From the NCBI GenBank assembly GCA_964019335.1, contig OZ025679.1:248001-312000 (forward strand): a stretch of DNA of 64,000 nt. The letters are read 5' to 3'. The stretch is from Diplonema japonicum. Its lineage: Eukaryota; Protista; Euglenozoa: Diplonemea. Of the stretch, positions 58,257 to 64,000 are shown piece after piece (positions within the stretch are counted from its first letter, which is position 1; the number at the start of each line of letters is the position of its first letter). The translations under genes were made by a program, and so were the position numbers. The notes beneath the pieces were generated by a model that did not search any database, was not told the origin of the DNA, and saw only the letters and a list, made by a program, of their open reading frames with translations.

Positions 58257-58297
58257 AAGGGCGGCCCTCCATGAGGGAGTTTGTCCTGCACTTTGAG
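58257..58297 (+). repeat. Micro-fragment of the LINE 3' end (38336 family)
   Basis: AAGGGCGGCCCTCCATGAGGGAGTTTGTCCTGCACTTTGAG plus poly(T); one mismatch to 39434-39474. Confidence 0.85.
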
Positions 58298-58356
58298 TTT
58301 TTTTTTTTTTATAATATGATTATATCCCCCATATAAATTCCTCAAAAAAAAAAAAA

Positions 58357-58606
58357 GGCCATCGCATGTGACAGGATCGCCTTCGGGGACGCGAAGACCT
58401 AATGTCGTAGAGTGCGTCACACCCCAGGCAATTCGTCCGTGAGCCACCATGTTGCCTGTCATGGCGCATAGTATCCTCCTCGCTTTCTGCTTGGTGATCG
58501 CCATCTCGTTGTGTAGGACATTTGTTCCATCTTGTCCCCGTGTCACGCAGCTATATCTCTGCATGAGCTCCTTTGCGAACTTGTCGTTGACGTCTCAAAC
58601 ACTGGT

Positions 58607-58608
<2 letters not shown>
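58357..58608 (-). mobile_element. Internally deleted LINE fragment, antisense orientation
   Basis: Minus strand encodes TNVLHNEMAITKQKARRILCAMTG (cf. RT ATNGLHLHLANRNPPKARRVLQVITG), joined to AAGGCGATCCTGTCACAT (3'-UTR motif also at 21966); A-runs flank it on +. Confidence 0.65.
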
Positions 58609-58639
<31 letters not shown>

Positions 58640-58660
58640 GACAAAAAAAAAAAAAAAAAC

Positions 58661-60206
58661 ATGACAACGAGCCAACGTGTTGAAGGCCGCATAACCTGCG
58701 GAACATGTTATGAAATATCCACAAGCCCGGTTCGAATGAGCTGCGGGCACCTTTTCTGCGCGAGATGCTTAGATCGAGACGACGATGAATGCCGGCTGTG
58801 TGGCACGGCGAGGGGAGAGATCATCGGCATGGACATGAAAGCGGCTGAAATAATGCGTGACCTCCCCCCGGCGGAGGCACAGACCACCCAACGCAGCCCC
58901 ACAGTATGCGACTGGTGTGAAACCGTCAAACCCGAGGTAGCGTGTGTCGACTGCAAAACATCTTTGTGCAGGGGGTGCGCACAAACGCTCCACTGCAAAC
59001 GCAACATGGCATCGCACCAGCTCATCGCACTGACCGCTGTTTTAACAAAAACCTTGTATCGACCGTCAAGATGCGGGGTCCCAGGGCACGACCGTGCTGT
59101 CTTTAAATACTACTGCAAAAGCTGCGAACAAATCGGGTGTTCTTACTGCGTCGCTGAGAACCACAGGGGACACGACGGCATCGTTACGGTAAACGATGTA
59201 AAACCGGAAATTCTGTCGAATTTGGAGAAACAGCATAAAACCGTTTCTGATGCGAAACAACGCTTGAAGGACCTGGCGGCGGGCAACATACAAACAAGGG
59301 TTCAAATGCGAAACACGGGCAGGAATTTCGAGGAGCACGTCAAAATTGTTTTCGAGACCCTGCGGCACGACTTAGACAAAGAGGAAGCTTCGATTCTTGC
59401 AAAGTACAAATCCTCGAAAAAACAGGCTTCGGCATGCATTGCAAAATCCACGGAAGAGGTACTCACTCAATTGGACATCTCGAACCGAAATCTTCGCAGC
59501 ATTGAAAACAGGATTTCAAAAGCGGGAAACGGCGACGTAGCTGCCGCGATCTTATCTGAAGAAACTTCCTGTCCCGCACCCTGCCTAGTAGGTCTGACTG
59601 TACCACGTGGGCCTGGGATACAGTTCGACCTAGCTGAGATTAAACACCCGAGATTGGCGGAAGAGTTCAATTTTTCACTATCGCTGTCTGACCTCCCCGG
59701 AGGGTGTTACCAAAACCTGACTTTCGCAAGATCATCATTATCTAGCATTTCAGTGGCCAGCCACCTCGATGGTTCCACCACATTGCGAAATGGAAAGCTC
59801 TCCGGATGGGCTTCTATTAAGTCCCTTAAAACCTTCACAGAATCTGATACTTGTCAGTGGAAGGTCGTCTTGCACTCCTTCGACACTATGATAGGTGTGG
59901 CGTCCGCCTCCGAAACCCGGCACGATTTACACCAAGGAAACTCCTTCTTCTGGTACACCGACATTCAAAACCCTTCCTTCGGGCAGCTGGGGTGTTCGAC
60001 GCCGGCTCTTGAATCGCTTCCCCCGCTGACAGCTGTCTCTGCAGGATCCCCTGTTGCCGTGGTCTTCAAATATAACGGTGGTGAGGCTACACTCTCTGTT
60101 ACAGTAAACGGAGTCGACAAGGGTGTGATCGGGACCAACATCACCCCTCCTGTTTCGCCTGCGTTTTCGTTTGTTGGAGAGGATCAATGTGTTGTGGTGC
60201 ACTCTT

Positions 60207-60208
<2 letters not shown>
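58661..60208 (+). CDS. TRIM/RBCC-like E3 ligase: RING, B-box1, B-box2, coiled coil, SPRY-like
   Basis: CGTC..CGHLFCARC..CRLC; CDWC..CVDC..LCRGC...H...H; C..PGH..YYCKSC...CSYC...HRGH; heptads; WKV..MIGVA..LSVTVNG..G..PAFSF. Confidence 0.87.
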
Positions 60209-60239
<31 letters not shown>

Positions 60240-60308
60240 CTCTTTCGATTTTAGTATATTGTAACACAGAGGGGCGTGGGGGGAGGGGGGGAAAGGGGAG
60301 AGCAAAAA

Positions 60309-60713
60309 ATGAAAAAACCGATTGAAATCTCAAACAAACCCAACAACCTCCTTCCTTCAGGGGGACTTGGCCAGCGTCCTGTACTGAAGGGGCCTGTTCC
60401 TAACAAGCAGGGTTTTCGTTGTTCGATGGACGCACCGCTCTTCAGCTCTTTTTCGAACACTTGTACGTTTGAGCCTAACAAAGTGCACCTGCCCAGGCCG
60501 GTGGCACTGCCGAGCTTGCAGCCAACCCTTCGAAGCGTGGAGACCCCACACCCGTCCCCACAGCCAGGCAACAGAAAGCGTCTTGACTCTCTTAACTCTA
60601 ACGCGAAGCTCCTCCCCTCGGTCAGCGGCGCACGATCCGTGGTCCAGTTTGTGTCCCTCCCGCCATTGGGCCGGCCTTTTCCTTACAATAAAAACGAAGC
60701 AGCTGAGTCTTGA
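60309..60713 (+). CDS. Small Pro-rich hypothetical protein
   Basis: Homopolymer-free 134-codon ORF with an A-run-preceded ATG; no domain. Confidence 0.45.
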   Translation: MKKPIEISNKPNNLLPSGGLGQRPVLKGPVPNKQGFRCSMDAPLFSSFSNTCTFEPNKVHLPRPVALPSLQPTLRSVETPHPSPQPGNRKRLDSLNSNAKLLPSVSGARSVVQFVSLPPLGRPFPYNKNEAAES

Positions 60714-60773
60714 AGAAAGGATATCACAAGGCAAACCCTTCACCCGAGTCGTACCTTTTTAGTTTTTTTTTAG

Positions 60774-61000
60774 GGTGGTGGGGATAACATGAAAATATAA
60801 GAAGTACATCAGATGTGTTGTTCGTTGACCTGATGCTCAGGGTGACGAACAGGCAGCAAACTGCACGAGCGCAGAATCTTGGTTACCCGGGACGCCCCGG
60901 CTAGGGTTGAGCACACCGCACGCATTAAGGACACGACGCGGAACGCAGAAGAAGCTACTGCTCGGCCGAGGATCGCCCCCTGTAATCAAGTAGGTAGTTC
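60774..61000 (+). mobile_element. SINE-like element, copy 2 (internally deleted)
   Basis: Matches 12896-13167 with ~55 bp missing. Confidence 0.7.
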
Positions 61001-61053
61001 GTGCTTCATTGCACGCTTAACGCCACCTAGTGTTGCAATCAAAGCCCCATTTT

Positions 61054-61110
<57 letters not shown>

Positions 61111-61700
61111 CTTAGAAAGTATGACACCGACCTTTGATCCTTTTTTTTTTTGTCTTTTTGGAATTTATCAAAAAAAAAAAAAAAAAATGAAGGAAAAAGA
61201 AAAGGGAGGGGGAAAAAAACGGGCAGAAAAACATATGTTGCACGCCTATTGAGGAAGTAGTAACACCCAATTGACTTTGCAGCGTTGCTATGAAACGTTT
61301 AATTTCTTTTTTTTTTTTTTAAATTTACTGTGTGATTTTTTTTTTTTCTTTTTTTTTTTTTTTTAAATTTTTTCTTCTCTTTAACCGTTACTGAATCCAT
61401 TTCCCCCGAAGAAATCGAAAAAAAGAAAAAAAAAAGAAAACCCACATTCCTATACGTGAGTTACAGTTGTTACTTATTTTGGTTTCTTTATGTGCCCTCT
61501 CCATTCTTCTTTTTTTCTTCCTAATGAAGATGGAAGGAAACAGGAAACCCCCCCCCCCCACAGAAAACCACGAGAGCAGGAAAAAAGAAACAAAAAGAAA
61601 AGGGGAAAATATTATTTAAGGGGAGGAGGGAAAAAAAAAAAAAAAAAAAAAAACGTGCTCTCTTCCCTCTTTTTTTTTTTATTCGTTTATTAGTATTTTG

Positions 61701-61940
61701 CATGAACAAGAAAAACAATATATTGATAATGAATTGTTATTGCTAAAGAGTAGTGGTGGCATTGTTGGGCTTATCCTTCTACAGGTTAACCCCGGCTGTG
61801 CACAAACAACAATCAACCGACTCTTTTTTGCATGAACAAGAAAAACAATATATTGACAATGAATTGTTATTGCTAAAAAGAGTAGTGGTAGCATTGCTGG
61901 GCTTATCCTTCTACAGGTTAATCCCGGCTGTGCACAAACA
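61701..61940 (+). repeat. Tandem duplication of a 130-bp unit
   Basis: Units start at 61701 and 61831 (CATGAACAAGAAAAACAATATATTG...). Confidence 0.9.
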
Positions 61941-62019
61941 AACCCCTCCTTGCCTGCACGAACACATAAAAAATAAACAAAAAAGAAAGAAGGGAAAAAA
62001 AGAGGAAAAAAAAAAGAAA

Positions 62020-62562
62020 ATGTGCCATCTTGAAAATCTGATGGAAGAACGAGCAGCTCTCCGGTGCCTGATTATGGACGGCAAGGGTGAAAAGGAAATT
62101 GCGGAGAAATACAAAAAGATAGGAGAGATCCTTGCAGTGCAAGGAAGGCACATAGCGGCAATGGACACAATGGTAAAGGCGCTGAAGCTCGGGCCTGGCT
62201 CAAGGGGAATAGCCAACTCTGCAAAAACCGCTTTCGTCACTGCCGCCGGCTTGCAAAAGTCAAGCGATGAACGGGAAGAAGCTGCGATAACCCAGGGGGA
62301 ACGGATTCCAATCCCAGGTTGCTCGGGCACCTCCGAAGGACGCAGAAACCAGCGAATCAAACTAAAGGTAATAGCGTCCGCCACAGAACTCATTCTGGCA
62401 CTCCATGAAATCTGGCCTGACGAAACACGTTTCCTCGCTTTAGAAAACCCGCACGTTGTGAAATCCGAAGTGCTCCGTTCCGTTACGTCCAGCACCACTG
62501 CGTCCCCGTCTCATATGCGGACACCTCGCTCTTCAGTATCTACACGGTCGTTTCGAAGTTGA
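62020..62562 (+). CDS. Hypothetical protein with one TPR-like repeat
   Basis: AEKYKKIGEILAVQGRHIAAMDTMVKALKLGP fits a TPR pattern. Confidence 0.6.
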   Translation: MCHLENLMEERAALRCLIMDGKGEKEIAEKYKKIGEILAVQGRHIAAMDTMVKALKLGPGSRGIANSAKTAFVTAAGLQKSSDEREEAAITQGERIPIPGCSGTSEGRRNQRIKLKVIASATELILALHEIWPDETRFLALENPHVVKSEVLRSVTSSTTASPSHMRTPRSSVSTRSFRS

Positions 62563-62716
62563 AAACATGGGAGAGAGAGAGGTGAGTGGCTTTACAGCCG
62601 CTTCATTTTTTTTTTTTTTTTTTTTTTACTTTCTTTTGAACCACCCCCTGGGAGAGGAATGGAGTTTTTTTAAAAAAAAGAAGAAAAAAAAAAAAGGGTG
62701 AAGACATGCTAGACGC

Positions 62717-64000
62717 ATGACGGGCCACCTCTTGCAGGGTAATGGTGTTTCGGTGAACATTTTCAAGTACCTCTGCATCCAGAGCCTCCATGAGACGAGG
62801 TTCAGCTTCAGAATCGCTTCAACGGTTGTGTTTCGAATGTGCCCCATTGTGTGGTATGAGAACGTGCGGGAGAGGGGTGTGAAGGGGATCACGATACGCC
62901 AAAAACCAGGGAACCAGATGGACGTAGGCTCTATCTACAGACATTTTGGGAGGAAACAGAGGAACACAGTAAGCGATGTGGTGTGCTGCTTTGTGGACCA
63001 GCACGGGGACAGGGCTGACCATGAGGTGTCTTACATGACGCAGAAGAACCTGCACGACTTCTTGTTCAACGAGAACGCACAACGGTACGGTTTCCTTCAG
63101 GAGTTCATCTATCCCGGAAGCGACCACTCCGAGATGGTGCAAGCGGTGTGGTCGCCACGAGTCGTGGTGTCCTTGCGAAGGATGAACAACACACGCATGT
63201 CGAATACCACCGTTTCCAACGCCCGCCGCTCCACCACCTTCGATGGGCCATCCAGCAGCTGTTCTGAGGTGCTCTGCACCAAGGCCACCAACATAGAGGC
63301 CACCGAGATCTGTAATCAGATTGTTCGGCATGTCACGCTCACCGAGCCTCATGTTACGATACGGCGTCTCGTCGTGTACTTCCGCAGGGACGCGCGTGAC
63401 CAGCTACACTTTATGTTCACCTCTTCCATCCGTCTAACTGAAGCCTCCTGCGGTAAGGTCCGCGTTGCCCCTGTCTGTCTCAGGCCCAATTTCGACTGCC
63501 GCATCCCCGCCACGCATAGCTATCTCCGCAGGAAGCTCGACGATACCATCGCAGCGGCGAAGCAAGATGTCCTACCACCACCGTGCCCGTCGGTCTCCAC
63601 ATGGGAGGTTGCCGTCGCCCCTAGCATAAAGGTAGCGGCTGTGCACGTTTCGCAGCCACTCTGTATCGCAGGCGAGGTGATCGACGACCAGCTGTACTGC
63701 CTTGCGTCCAGCCTGCTGGGGGCCGTTGGGAAGAACAGAAAAACATACGCCAGGTATATGTTGACAGAGGAAAAGAGCGTGTACACCGTGAACGTTGTCC
63801 CAACGCTGCTGGTTCCCGACGAGGCCGTGGCGTACCTGGAACCAAGGGGCACCTTCCCGGGATACGGGAGTGTGCTAGAGCGGCTTGGAATGCGGCGGAT
63901 CACAGGGACAATGTCTTACCAACTTGCAGAAAAAACTGCTCGGGAGGGGACTATTGCTACGCTGCAGGAATTCAGGAACCCTTGCAAGGCTCTCTCTGAC
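62717..64000 (+). CDS. Uncharacterised protein, 3'-partial, paralogue of 43150-44874 (absent from the ORF track)
   Basis: Manual translation from ATG 62717 (MTGHLLQGNGVSVNIFKYL...) is open to the window end; shares motifs with the 43150 protein. Confidence 0.8.
   Translation, partial: MTGHLLQGNGVSVNIFKYLCIQSLHETRFSFRIASTVVFRMCPIVWYENVRERGVKGITIRQKPGNQMDVGSIYRHFGRKQRNTVSDVVCCFVDQHGDRADHEVSYMTQKNLHDFLFNENAQRYGFLQEFIYPGSDHSEMVQAVWSPRVVVSLRRMNNTRMSNTTVSNARRSTTFDGPSSSCSEVLCTKATNIEATEICNQIVRHVTLTEPHVTIRRLVVYFRRDARDQLHFMFTSSIRLTEASCGKVRVAPVCLRPNFDCRIPATHSYLRRKLDDTIAAAKQDVLPPPCPSVSTWEVAVAPSIKVAAVHVSQPLCIAGEVIDDQLYCLASSLLGAVGKNRKTYARYMLTEEKSVYTVNVVPTLLVPDEAVAYLEPRGTFPGYGSVLERLGMRRITGTMSYQLAEKTAREGTIATLQEFRNPCKALSD

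Noticed and set aside
1-64000. Spliced-leader RNA, rRNA or snRNA genes
   Set aside because: No sequence I could recognise by eye; an Rfam scan would be needed.

Overview
Eukaryotic (protist) genomic DNA with extremely homopolymer-rich intergenic regions (long A, T, G and C runs). It carries about 24 protein-coding genes, all on the + strand, some with very short GT-AG introns. This arrangement suggests a unidirectional, possibly polycistronic gene cluster as in Euglenozoa (e.g. diplonemids); that assignment is inference. Recognisable genes: a P4-type ATPase flippase, two zinc-ligand-deficient alpha-carbonic-anhydrase-like membrane proteins, two tandem START-domain paralogues, a ThiF/E1-like domain fused to a kinase-fold (SelO/APH-like) domain, a steroid 5-alpha-reductase, a MATH-like protein, a histidine acid phosphatase, an SDR, a DPY-30/RIIa-like protein, a TMTC-like O-mannosyltransferase, a CCCH+RRM protein, a BSD protein, a RING/B-box/B-box/coiled-coil/SPRY protein, and two paralogues of an uncharacterised family. 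There is also a Patched/NPC1-like pseudogene. Mobile DNA: (i) a non-LTR retrotransposon group with one 3 kb RT copy and about 12 truncated relatives, which sit in T-tracts and have no poly(A) tail; (ii) a SINE-like partner sharing one LINE 3' end; (iii) an internally deleted piggyBac; (iv) MITE-like foldbacks; and (v) most strikingly, three non-coding elements of different sequence but identical architecture (asymmetric inverted repeats plus a long strand-specific hairpin with a GNA triloop and tandem G.A mismatches).
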